DNA from: Phoronis australis
Lineage: Eukaryota; Animalia; Phoronida
DNA length: 64,000 bases
Direction of reading: 5' to 3'
Assembly (NCBI GenBank): GCA_002633005.1
Contig: NMRA01000147.1
Location: forward strand, 62,001-126,000
In this document: piece by piece, positions 1-11,600 of the stretch
Layout: every line of letters begins with the position of its first letter
Position numbering within the stretch: the stretch's first letter is position 1
Translations under genes and position numbers: made by a program
The notes under the pieces: model-generated
Databases searched by the model: none
The model's input: the letters and a program-made list of their open reading frames with translations, nothing else
What the model was told of the DNA's origin: nothing

Positions 1-450
1 TCTCGAGCAATAAGTAAATGTCAGTTCTTTCGTAGCCCTGACATCTTCTCCAGTTTGAAACGTGTTTGATAATGGCAAGTAGTCGTAAGTGAAATGTTAT
101 TTTTTGTGATGGAATACTGGTTTACAACTTCTTTTCAGTTTTTCCTCACATGTTGTGTTAAAGGTTACTTTTCGATGTTAGTAGCAAGTGTCAGTAACCA
201 ACAATGAGGGGATTTTCTAGTGTAAGAAATGTATTCTTGTCGATAACTCAGGCCAAGGGCTAGTGAAAGCTTCTACCAATAGTTCAAGCAATAATAATAG
301 TCTTTTGTGCCTCTCGCAGATTCATGCCTTTGATGAAATCCTGTGGATTTCAGCAGACCTATTCCAAAATCTTTAATTTACGCAATATGCTCAGTGCTTA
401 AAGGGACCCCTGTATTCTGATTGAGTAACTATCTGTTGCATGTTTTCCAG

Positions 451-550
451 CCATTGATTACATCCAGTTCCTGATTCAACAGAAGAAGAAGCAAGAAGAT
501 GAGTTGGACATTCTACGCAAGGAAGTGATGGCACTCAAGATTATGAAGGC
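451..550 (+). CDS. MLX: MLX exon (helix 2/leucine zipper)
   Basis: ttttccag acceptor, gttagt donor; IDYIQFLIQQKKKQEDELDILRKEVMALKIMK. Confidence 0.9.
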
Positions 551-3500
551 GTTAGTTGTTTATTTGGCTATTATAAATGCCAAATGCTCACGTACGAGCA
601 ACAGTTGCTTGCTGGGGTCCCAGGTTTTGAGAACCAGTTTGATGCCCGTTACTGAGTGGACAAAACTGGGTCTCAAAATGAAGGACCCTTGTAAGTGACT
701 ATTGCTTACATCCGTTGCAGAGAATTGTGGTACAATCAAAATATTAGTGGCATGGGAAAGGGTTATGTATTAGTGTCTACTAAATGCACTTATTGAGGAA
801 AACTTCACATGATCAATGCAGCGGCCTAGTGGCCCTGTCCTTGGTATCTTATAATTGGTTCGCTGCATATTTGTCAAGATTAAGAAAGAGGTGTTGACTA
901 GATATAAAATGAGATAGATATAAAATGAGATGCTTGCTCTCTAGTAGTCAGTAACTGGTGAACTTTAAGCATCGAACTTGTAATACAGAAAAGAAAGGCA
1001 ATTTACGGTAAAATCTCACCAATTTTTGACAAAAGTAACTGCCACACTCCACCTTTTTTTCATTTTTCAAATGATGATGATGTGAACGTCAATTATTTCT
1101 TTAAAAAATTGTTAATGTTACATGTGGTATTGGATTTAAAAATGATAAAACGTTTATTTGGTGTTACTTATCGTTTATAAAGTAAATGAATCTCTTGTCT
1201 GCCGTATTCAATTCAAAATCAAATTTTCACAACACTAAGACTACAGTCTGATGAACACGATTGTGAAATTGACCTGGGTTTCTCACCCTCATTTACATAA
1301 TTTATGTTGCTAGTTATGTTGAGTTCACAAGACTGGAAGACCTTGGTTCGTTTGTCAGCACATTCAAGTGAATTCACAATTTCATGAGATACCTCTGCTT
1401 TAAACTTGTCGTGAAGTTTTGTTTTAGACTGTTCCCTGTTATGAAATTGGTCTCCAATTGCTTCCTAGTCAAGTTAGAGGAGATTTCTCGGCTTGGAGAG
1501 AACTGAGAGTTCATTATTGGTTGCAACTAGGCTCTACAAGTTGGCTTGTAAGAACAGGTCATTTTATTTGCTGACCAATGTCTCCAGTAATTACCCTCTG
1601 TCAGTTATCCAGGCCCAGAAACCTCATCTCACAAACAATTTAAGATCAGTGTTATGGAGGTAAGTGATCTAAAATTGAATGTGAGTCTTTTTTGACGGAA
1701 CACTGATTCGTAACAGCTTTAAATGCTTTGTAAATATTTTTTCCTTATTTTCAGTAATTATGAGCACATTGTCAAAGCTCACCAGAACACCCCTCAACAT
1801 GGACAGAACCAAATTTCTGATGAAATCAAATTCCAAGTGGTAAGTTGAAAATTTTGTTGGTACGAAAAGTTGTGATTTGACAGAATACCTTAGTAGATGG
1901 CCTCCCATTTGATCAACCTTCAATGTTGCCTTGTTTGCCCCAGGTATGAATGTGGGTTTCAGCAGTGACTTTTTACCTATGAACCTGGTCACTGCTGACC
2001 AATCCATTACAATTCCATGACCCCTGACCTATGAACCCAGTCACTTCGGTCCAGCAATACGCTATAATTTTTCCATAACAGTTGTTCGACCTGCTAACCT
2101 CATCACTGCTCACCAATGATGTGCTGCCATTATTTATTAATGTTGCAACTATGACCCACAGACTTTGTCGCTGCCATATTTTTGTCATATTTCCATTACA
2201 GCTCCTACTATGACCTCTGACCTGCAAACTGTATCAGTGTTGACCAATCATGTGTTGTAATTTTTCTAGTTATTAATATCTGTTGCCTCTGACCTGAAGA
2301 CCTGTTCATTGATATGTTGGGATTATCTGGCCACAGCCCAGAGGTGGCGAAGGACTTTTTGGGTTTGCCAGAATTTTGTAATGGAATGGATGATGACACA
2401 TAGCTTGGTTTCCAAAAAATAACTGAAAAAAATAAGTCACAGATCTCCTCCTAACTTTCTGAATATGCTGTGAAGCCCTGTTGAGTGACAGATTTTGACA
2501 TATTTTTTCAGTCACTGAGGATTCATGGGTGTGATGTTGTTTTCGAGTTACAGCTCTAAAACAATTCAAAGTTAGCTGCATGGGAAAATGAAATGCAAAT
2601 TTCTCTGGAAATAGAGAGTTAACTGACGTGAATGATATTTTGTCATAAAGTTATGCGGCCACGTCATAAATATTGCGCGTTTGTTTTGACAGTGGAATCT
2701 CAGATAATTGCTTCAAATTGACTGATATAATTCATCAATCTTGATGTTTCATTAGTGTTCCAACAGACTTCTGACCCACAAATCTTGTCATTGCTGAACA
2801 ATGATTCGTTCTCCTTATATAATGAATGTTGAAGCCATAACCACTGACTTACGAACATCATTCCTGCTGACCAATAACATGCTGTCATTCCTTTACAGTT
2901 CCAGCAAATGATGGACAATCTATTTGAATCATTCAACCAGTCCATCTCTGTAGCCAACTTTGCTGAACTTTCAGGATGTGTCATCACTTGGCTGGAAGAG
3001 TACTGTAAACCACAGGTAGGACAAGTGATTAACAATCATAGATTCTGACCATGTTAACCACTAAAGGGTGGCCATGTAAGCCATTAGAGGATGTCTATGT
3101 GAGACAGCAGAGGACTGATATGTGAGGGAGTAGATGATGGCTATATAAACCAATAGAGGATGGTCATGTAAGCCAGTAGAGGATGACCATATAAGTCAGT
3201 GGAGGATAGCTATATAAGCCAATAGAGGGTGGCCATAGAAGCCAGTAGAGGATGGCCATATAAGCCGGTAGAGGGTGGCCATATAAGCCAATAGAGGGTG
3301 GCCATAGAAGCCAGTAGAGGACGGCCATATAAGCCGGTAAAGGGTGGCCATATAAGCCGGTAGAGGGTGGCCATATAAGCCAGTAGAGGATGGTCATATA
3401 AGCCAGTAGAGTATGGCCATATAAGCCAGTAGAGGATGGCCACATAAGCCGCTAGAGGATGGCCATATAAGCCAGTAGAGGATGACCATGGTTGCGCGTC

Positions 3501-3741
3501 CCTGTTGCTGCAAGATAATCCTGTTTTTTTTGGGAAAGACAGCACAATTTGCCTTAGGGTTAAAAGTTTTGTTAGATGGAAGATCCGCTGCTGTGTGTGT
3601 CTAAGCAATTCAAGTCTCCTGGTATGGTTTAGTTAACAGTGACCCTTTTTGTTGTAGACACTACGAGAGCAGTCGATTGGTATACTACGACAGACAAACA
3701 ACCAGCTGAAGCAACAGCAACTACAGCAACAGCAGCGGTAG
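451..3741 (+). CDS. MLX: Max-like protein X (bHLH-Zip), 3' part; join(451-550,1755-1839,2899-3015,3658-3741); 5' exons lie outside the window
   Basis: The spliced translation IDYIQFLIQQKKKQEDELDILRKEVMALKIMKANYEHIVKAHQNTPQHGQNQISDEIKFQVFQQMMDNLFESFNQSISVANFAELSGCVITWLEEYCKPQTLREQSIGILRQ... is recognisably the MLX helix2-zipper-DCD region. All introns are GT-AG with consistent phases. Confidence 0.93.
598..705. mobile_element. Short (~100 bp) hairpin MITE family copy; related copies at ~4250-4345, ~18954-19035, 55365-55471, ~60427-60500
   Basis: Inverted arms ggggtcc...ttttgagaaccagttt / aaactgggtctcaaaat...ggaccc...aagtgac; the same arms recur at four other places in the window. Confidence 0.6.
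1755..1839 (+). CDS. MLX: MLX exon
   Basis: ttttcag acceptor, gtaagt donor; NYEHIVKAHQNTPQHGQNQISDEIKFQV. Confidence 0.9.
2899..3015 (+). CDS. MLX: MLX exon (DCD domain)
   Basis: tttacag acceptor, gtagga donor; FQQMMDNLFESFNQSISVANFAELSGCVITWLEEYCKPQ. Confidence 0.9.
3066..3490. repeat. 23-bp minisatellite (gccagtagaggatggccatataa)n, about 18 copies, in the last MLX intron
   Basis: Tandem unit directly visible, degenerating toward the left end; it explains the repetitive ORFs 3164-3445 and 3210-3608. Confidence 0.92.
3658..3741 (+). CDS. MLX: MLX terminal coding exon
   Basis: ttgtag acceptor; TLREQSIGILRQTNNQLKQQQLQQQQR then TAG TGA. Confidence 0.88.
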   Translation, partial: TLREQSIGILRQTNNQLKQQQLQQQQR

Positions 3742-4868
3742 TGAGTCTCCTATTTGGGGTGGACAGTATCTGATGCCAGCGGAAGTTTCAGTTAGACTAT
3801 GTGGGTGGCAAGAGACTATCTTGCACTGTTGTGCCAACTGTTGTGACCAGTTTGGTTGCTTTATCAGTCAAACCCATTGACTTTGGAATGTGTTTCCTGC
3901 AAAGTTGTATTCAAAATCGTGTTTCAAATAATTGTCTGATAAGGTAAATTTTGAACTTTGATGTTGATGGGTGATTTGTGCAAATGTTTGTGGAAATTTA
4001 GTTTGAACTCCGATGAATTGACATAAAAAGTGTTACAGAGAGTTCATTGTCTTCTGTGCAGATTAAGTGGTTGTTATTTTTGTTTGTTTTATAAAACCTC
4101 TCTCTTCAGAGTTTATGCTGATCAGACCTTGGGAGAAGGGCCTACAAAACTGTCAGAAATGTACATATTTGTAAATATAAACATATATAACAAAAACTGT
4201 CATTTATTTTATTTTATTTTATGTCCCAAATCCAAGATTAACCTGTACTTCATACATTTAAGCCTTTACATTTTGAGAAACAGTTTCCTCCACTTAACAA
4301 CAGGCATCAAACTGGTTCTCAACATGCATGACCCTTGTTAGTGACTAAGCCCAGAGAAGTTGTACCTTTATCTGAATTAAGGTGCATATACTTATACTGT
4401 ACCTTCAAATGTAGATATTTATTCATCCAGAAAAGTTCATAATCAAAGAGAAATTAAATCTGTTCAACTGGAGTTCAGTACCTACTAAAATTCCTTAAGC
4501 CATGTTTGAAACATTTTTGTAATACCTGAAGTAAGTTTATAGTATTTGAGTTAAGGTTCATTCTTCCATTACAGAAGCAATTTTCGAAATTTTGTTTGTA
4601 CCAAGTATTACAAAACTATACTTATAGATTTGATGTCGATGAAAGTATCGGTATATATTTTCCGAAAGTTGAAAGCCTGTAGAATGTGATGTTTGACTTT
4701 TTATCATATACCTATAAATGTTAAAGATAAAATCTCGTAAACGTTACAGTTATTCAAATTGCTTTTAATGTAACTTTTGAGTTTTTTCATCAAGATCATA
4801 AAGGTCAAATTTTTTATAGTCCCTCTGGCTGCTACAGCACGGTTGAACCACTGACACCCACCAAGAAT

Positions 4869-5649
4869 CTACAATTTTGTTGTTGTAAGATTTACCCATG
4901 GCGTCCAAATTCCATTAAAGTTTGCAGGATTCCCTCTGGGGTCGTCAGGACTCCACCTAACAGGCACCGCAGTAGAGTTCCAGTCTTGTAACCGTGACAT
5001 CATTAACATTACTATTCCTGGCTTCTCATTTGCTAAATTTCTGAACTCGCATGGGTCAGACGGAATGTGATAAAGACATGGCGATTTCATGGGTTCACAG
5101 TTTGAAGATGCATGAAGGGGAATTGGCCCACACTGAACATGAACACTTTTCAAATGGTTAAGTTTTGGTTTTCGCATCAACATTTCTAAATAGCTTATAC
5201 CTTTTAAATCGATTTTTCCCTGACCACCATTAACTACCATGTGTTCCCCACTCAAATGATCGCCGGCCACATTATCCTCCTTTTTACCACACTTCTCATT
5301 GGGTGAATACCATCCACTGAAATCCCGTCCTCGAAATCGTTCCTCACCCATTATTAGTTTGTATTCACCAACCCTAATTGCCGCTGCGTTCATGACCTTG
5401 TTAGTGGGGTCGATGTTATGTAATATTTCATTTCGTGGAGAAGGCTTGTTTTTCGTCAGCGAGTCCCACATATCGAAGCCGTCTAGATTCTTTAGCGAGC
5501 TGGCATCACCCCCGGCAGCATGGATGAGAGTTGGCAGCCAATCACAAACGTGCATCATGTGGTCCGATACAGCACCGCCTGTCAACTGTGGTCCGTGTAT
5601 GAAACCAGTGCCCCTCACTCCACCTTCCCATAGTTGGAACTTAGTCCCC
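4869..5649 (-). CDS. Arylsulfatase terminal coding exon 8
   Basis: ttttag acceptor at 5650-5651; [18 protein letters not shown]...HVCDWLPTL...[10 protein letters not shown]...[16 protein letters not shown]...[12 protein letters not shown] stop. Confidence 0.92.
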
Positions 5650-8600
5650 CTAAAAGCAAATTGGTTAAATTAAACGTAAACCTCAAACTTACAATATTTC
5701 GTCCCATTTATCTGGCTGAAACACAAATAAAACTGTACCTTTTACTCTCATAACTTCAGTCTCATCATGTTCTTTACTAATGATAGGATTCTGTTTCCAT
5801 TCTGACTAAGGACATTAAAACCAGCAGTGACTAAAAAAAATGCTTCAGATATATTGGGGTTGCGTAGTAATAAAGCAAAAAATGTCACGTGTCACGTGCA
5901 TGCATTCTCCGTTGTAATGAGTTGACGACATTCTGTCATGGCAAAGAATATTATGAGATGGGCAGTCACCAGTGATAGGCTGGAACATTCTGGAATATAT
6001 GCATGTAAATTGTTCGTGTGTTAGTGCAGTAGTCTCGACGATGTTGTCTGATATGTTCAACCGCTTACTTAAAAGTAACTGACCACCATTGTGTCAAGAA
6101 CCGGAAACTCTTTATTGTTGTGCTCCGATGAACAATACAATACGAACATATAAACATCCCCCCCTTACTTAAAACCTCTTTCAACTAAACCTCTAAAGTC
6201 CTAATTTGTTAAACCGTACTGTACGAAAAGTCTTTCCACTACCCTAGGAAACTAACTAACTAACAGTGAACTAGTGCGTCTCATAGTCTTCCAGATATTT
6301 GGGTGGGTTAACCACTCTTCCCGCCCGCGTTACAATTCGAAACCTTTCTGGAGATTTTAGCGACGGTGACGGAGGTTCCGGTGTACTGGTGTCCCTAGTG
6401 GCGTAAATATCCGACGGTACAGTTAACTCAGGAGTAGGAGCTTCGACAGGTTCGTGATACGGACGAAGGTCGTGTCGGTCGCGACGAAGTAAGTCCTGAC
6501 CGCACTCAACTGAATAAGACCTATTGGTCAGCTGCTTATGTACTTTCGCATCTTTCCATTGTGTGCGATGAGAGTTAAAGTCCCTAACTAGGACTGGTGC
6601 TCCTTCCTTAATGGGTTCAAGAGGCCTAGTGTTCTTGTTGTAAGACTTAGCTACTTGTTTTCTCCGCTTCTCCTTTTCTACTCTGTTTCTTAGAGAACGG
6701 CCATCTATTTTCAACAACGACGGCAACGGTGTTCTCGTGGATCTGCCCAACAACCGCTCTATGAAGCTCGTTGACAAGGTAGCTGTAGGAGTATTACGGT
6801 ATTCTAGTAAGGCTAACTGGGGATCACTAGACCTCTTCAGTAATCTTTTCGCAATTTTGACCACCGATTCTGCTTTTCCATTAGAGCGGTGGTGGTGCGG
6901 TGACGACGAAGTGTGATGAAAGCTCCACGCTTTGCTGAACTCAGCAAACTCTCTGGACGTGAACTGGGCTGCATTGTCGCTTTGCAGGAAATGTGGAACT
7001 CCTAAACGCGCAAATACACGTTTCAACGTGTTCACCGTGGTACTCGCAGTAGTATCTTCCAGCTTTTCCAACTCTAGATAATCTGAATGATAGTCCACTA
7101 TCACCAAGTAATCAGCACCCGCATGTGACATAAGATCGACCCCAACTTTAATCCATGGCTGATCCGGGATCGAGTGTTGGAGTAGCTCATCTGCGGAGTT
7201 GCGTGGAGCATCTCTTTGACACGAGTCACATTGTTCGATGATGCGATGTATGTCTTTAGTTATACCAGGCCAAAAGATTGTTCGTCGAGCTCGTCGCAGT
7301 GTTGAAGCTAGCCCCTGATGGCTGGCGTGTAGCAGACTCAACATGTGATTTCGCAAAGATTTCGGAATCACAATCTGATTCCCCTTGATCACCAAACCAT
7401 GATCTATAGCTAGTTCGTTCCGAACTGACCAGAATGGTGCCAAGTCATCAGTGGACTGCCGCCAATTCGAGGCGATGCTTTGGCATAAGTTTTGAAGTTC
7501 TTCGTCGTCCTTTGTATGATTGCGCACCAACTCTAGCATCGGATCTGCAAGTGGCGGATCAGCGGTGATCGTGGCTTTTTCAATGAACGAAAAAACATGG
7601 TCGTAATCCATGTCTATCGACGTTTCAGGAAGGGGATTTCTCGACAACATGTCGGCCGTTATTTGTTCTGCCCCTGGTCGCCATTCGATTGTGAATGTAT
7701 CTTTGAAGAGTAAGGATCATAGCTTGCAAGCGCCTCGGTGCCAGTAACAATGATCTGTTGAGTATGGACATCAACGGCTGATGATCTGTCTGAATTATGA
7801 GGTCCGCCTGGCCAAACAAAAACTGGTCAAATTTTCTTGTTGCAAAAACAATTGCTAGACACTCGAGCTCAATCGGGGCATATCCTTTTTCTGCGTCAGT
7901 TAGAGATCGAGATGCATAAGCTATGGGTCGGCCTTCTTGTATAAGAACTGCCCCCAGGTCAGCTGTGCTTGCATCTGTTTGAATTACTGTTGGTTTCCGA
8001 CTGTCATAATACTCCAGCACCTTGTCGATACTAATTTCGTTTACCAACTTTTCATACGTTTGTTGCTGGTCAGTTCCCATACAAAATTAGCTTTCGGAGC
8101 TTGTAGAAGACGACGGAGTGGTTCGCACTCAGCCGATAAGTTCGGAATGAACTTAGACATGTAATTAGCATGTCCCAGGAATTGGCGTACTTGGTCAACA
8201 TTTTTGGATGGGGGCATTTCACGAATGGCCTTGACCTTCTCCGGATCCGGCTTGACGCCCTTTGCGGTCAATACATGCCCAATATAGGGGAGTTCTTCCT
8301 TTAATAAGGCACATTTCCTTCTGTTAAGTTTAAGACCCGACTCTCGAGCGCGCAGTAGCAGTAGCTTTAAATTTTGATCATGGTACGCACGGTCACAACC
8401 ATAAATGAGTATGTCGTCTGCAACGACAGTTACCCCCTTTAAGCCATGTAGAACCTGGGTAAGTCGCTTCTGAAATTCTTCTGGGGACGTCGAAAGACCG
8501 AAGGGCATTCGCAGCCACTTGTACCGCTCTCCTGGTCCCCAGAATGTGGTAAGCTCCGCTGACCTGTCACTAAGGCGTACTAGCAGAAATCCGTCGCGAG

Positions 8601-11600
8601 CATCACATAGAGAAAAATGTTTCGCTCCTGCGAGTTCAGGCAAAAGATCTTCGATACAGGGCATAGTGAAATGGTTGCGTTTTACAGCTGAATTCAGATT
8701 TTTGGGGTCTAGGCACAAACGTATCTGACCGTTCGCTTTTCGGACCGGTTGGGCGTGACTGATCCATTTGGTAGGATGGTTTACCTTAGCTATAATGCCG
8801 CACTCCTCCAACTCGTCGAGTTTCTTTTGAACGTCGGCTTTCATAGACAAAGGAATTTTGCGAGGTTTAACCTGGACCGGTCGTACCTGCTCATCTAACT
8901 CTATGTGGTATTCCCCAGGAAGCGTCCCGAGGCCGGTAAACACGTCTGAGAATTCTTCAAGAAGGGCATCCAAGTCTTCCTGAACTAGACTGACGCTTTC
9001 GCTCACTGAGATGAGACCATAGTCGACACACAATTTGCCCGATAGCAAACTGGGGTGTTTGGTATCTACCACCAAACACTGAAACTCTCGGTCACTCCCA
9101 TTAACTGTAGTGCGCAGCTTGCAGGCCCCCAACGGTTTTAGTTTCGTGTTATTGTACACTTCAATGGTGTGCGGAGCTGATATCAACGCTGGGCTTCCCA
9201 ATGTTTTATAGTCGGCATAGGCTAGAGTGTTAGTCGTTGCTCCCAAATCCAATTGGAATTTTAAGCTCGTTTTGCCCTCTCGGCACTGTATGGGCAAGTG
9301 CGCAAACCATTTGCGACCACAACGGGATTGTGAAACGTTAATCAGGTAGGCTTCCTCATCGGAGGACGCAGGAAAATTTTCTGTGTCTGACTGGAGAAAA
9401 TGATTCGTCTGATCATTACTTTGTTTTGCGCTGCGGCAACAGGCGGCGTAGTGGTTACGGCGGTTACAGTTGTGGCACGTTTTACCGTACATTGTATGCC
9501 GGGCAACGTCGGGGCGCATGATTAGTTGCACAATTGCCACACACTTGTGGTTGCTGAGTTGATGATCCTTTCTTAGGTTTTGCATAGGTTTTAAACGCAT
9601 TCTTATAGGTTTTGCATAGGTTTTAATCGCATTTACCGCTTCATCCTTGCGGACACTTTTCACGAGGTCTAAAGCCGCAGCCTCATCTGCGCGACATATT
9701 CTTAACGCCTGATCCAATGTAATGGCTAACTCTTCAAAAAGTTTTCTTCTCGTTCGTTCATTGTCGATACCCAATAACAATGCTTGTGGTATCATGCGGT
9801 CGTACATCTCAGCGGGGAACGCGCAGTCACGCGCAATCGCGTGCAGTTCAGTTACGTAGTCGTCTATAGACCTACTGCCTTGACGTAAAGTGAGTAATTT
9901 ATGTGTCTGGGCCACAACGTTTATCCGCGGTTTACAAAACTCCGAAAGCTTTTCCAGTACCTTTGCTAGGTCTTCTTTGTCTGTTTCTGAGTCCCATTTG
10001 AAAGAGTCAAATATATCATTCCCATATTCACCTATTGTTCTCAGAAGCAGAGCCACTTTGACTTTGTCCGCTGCCTTATCTCGGTTTGTGGCTGTCAAGA
10101 AAATTTCGAAATTCCTCCGAAATCTTTTCCATTGTTCCGGCAGGTTTCCACCCTGTTTCAAGGGTTCGGGCGCTAGAAACTTATCCGACATTCCTCACTC
10201 GGGGCACCATGTAAATTGTTCGTGTGTCAGTGCAGTAGTCTCGACGATGTTGTCTGACATGTTCAACCGCTTTCTTAAAAGTAACTGACCACCACTGTGC
10301 CAAGAACCGGAAACTCTTTATTGTTGTGCTCCGATGAACAATACAATACGAACATATAAACAATGCATTTGCAGAATGATTGGGTAGAATCCAGAAAGTT
10401 CTAGGATGTGCTTGAATTGGTGAAAAGTTGCAGAACACTGTAATGAACTATAAATTTCCAGGCCCAGCTACAGAGGTACAAAGTTACAGTTTTGCTGCAG
10501 TTACAGTATCAGACGTTACAGTGGTAGTCAATAGAGAGCCAGCTATAGATACGGCAGGTTATTGAATCAACGAGTGTAGCAGTTGCTGAAAGTGATTCAG
10601 AATTGTTCATCATAAATCAAAACATCGCAGCACTGGCTGGAGCATGGAACAGACATTTCGTTGGACATTTTGTTTGTGTAGGACTTGTGAACGTACGGTC
10701 AAGATTTATAAAGTAATTAACTCGAACCAGCCTTCAATTCATCATCGCACAGGCCAAAAGCTATTAGCACCGGTCAGTGACAACCTGCGCCCTCTCATCC
10801 ACTGCCACGGTGTAAAACGTGACACATAGCTAAAAGGACATTCTCGTCAAAAAAAGTAATTTTTCAGAAATTAGGACTAGAGCAGAATTGAACCACTAAC
10901 TCTGAAGTAGCAGCCGAATGCTCAACCGCTAAGCCAAATCTCACACATTACGAACTAGCACAGACATGATGTCAGAAAATATTTGACAGACAACGGTGAG
11001 AATTGGCTATTTGAAAAAAATATTTTTAGTACGCGCCCACATATTTACATGTGGACGCATTATGCCGTCATCTGTCCGTCCGTCCGTCAGTTGGCCGCCT
11101 GTGTCCGGCGTCCGCTACTCTATCTCCAAAACACCTCGACGTATGTTCATGAAATTTTGCACGTGTTAACCTTCCTTGAATGGAACTTTCGTCTGGATCC
11201 GACTACCGGTGTGCCCCCTAGTGGCAATTTTAGTTTTTTGCGTTAACCTCTATCTACAAATATCCTGAACGGATTTTTATAAAATTTGGTATATAGGTAC
11301 CTATTAGTGAGGTAACCCTATCCTCCCGTTTCCGGATGGATTCAACGTAGTTTGCGCTTCCTAGTGGCTATTTTTACTGTTTTCGAGTCTGTTTTTGCGT
11401 TCACCAAACCGCTCAAAGGATAATTGTGAAAATTAGCACGTATGTTCTTACTATGAAGTGCACGGCTGACGATGTTTTTCCTACGACTTCGACTACTGTG
11501 GCGCCTCCTAGTGGCATTTTTGTTATTTTTTTGCGCCTATGTCTGTATCTCCTAAACCGGGTTTGCAGGATCTTCACTTAATTTAGTAAGTATATTTGTA

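Larger units (their letters stand above)
6004..10362 (-). mobile_element. Full-length Ty3/Gypsy LTR retrotransposon (Mag-like organisation), defective, in the last arylsulfatase intron
   Basis: TG...CA LTRs at 6004-6156 and 10210-10362; 5-bp TSD ATGCA (5999-6003, 10363-10367); PBS 10192-10209; polypurine tract next to the 3' LTR; domain order gag-PR-RT-RH-IN. Confidence 0.95.

Noticed and set aside
1248-1268. CTGATGA-aca-cgat-tgt-GAAA resembling a hammerhead ribozyme core
   Set aside because: No stem I/III pairing with a correctly placed NUH cleavage triplet could be built in type I or type III topology
3164-3608. Repetitive - strand ORFs (WPPSTGLYGHPL...)
   Set aside because: Translation of the 23-bp minisatellite within an MLX intron
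10873-10937. Possible tRNA gene (also 57995-58056, 30296-30358, 42262-42320)
   Set aside because: A/B boxes are present but cloverleaf stems are incomplete; treated as tRNA-derived repeats
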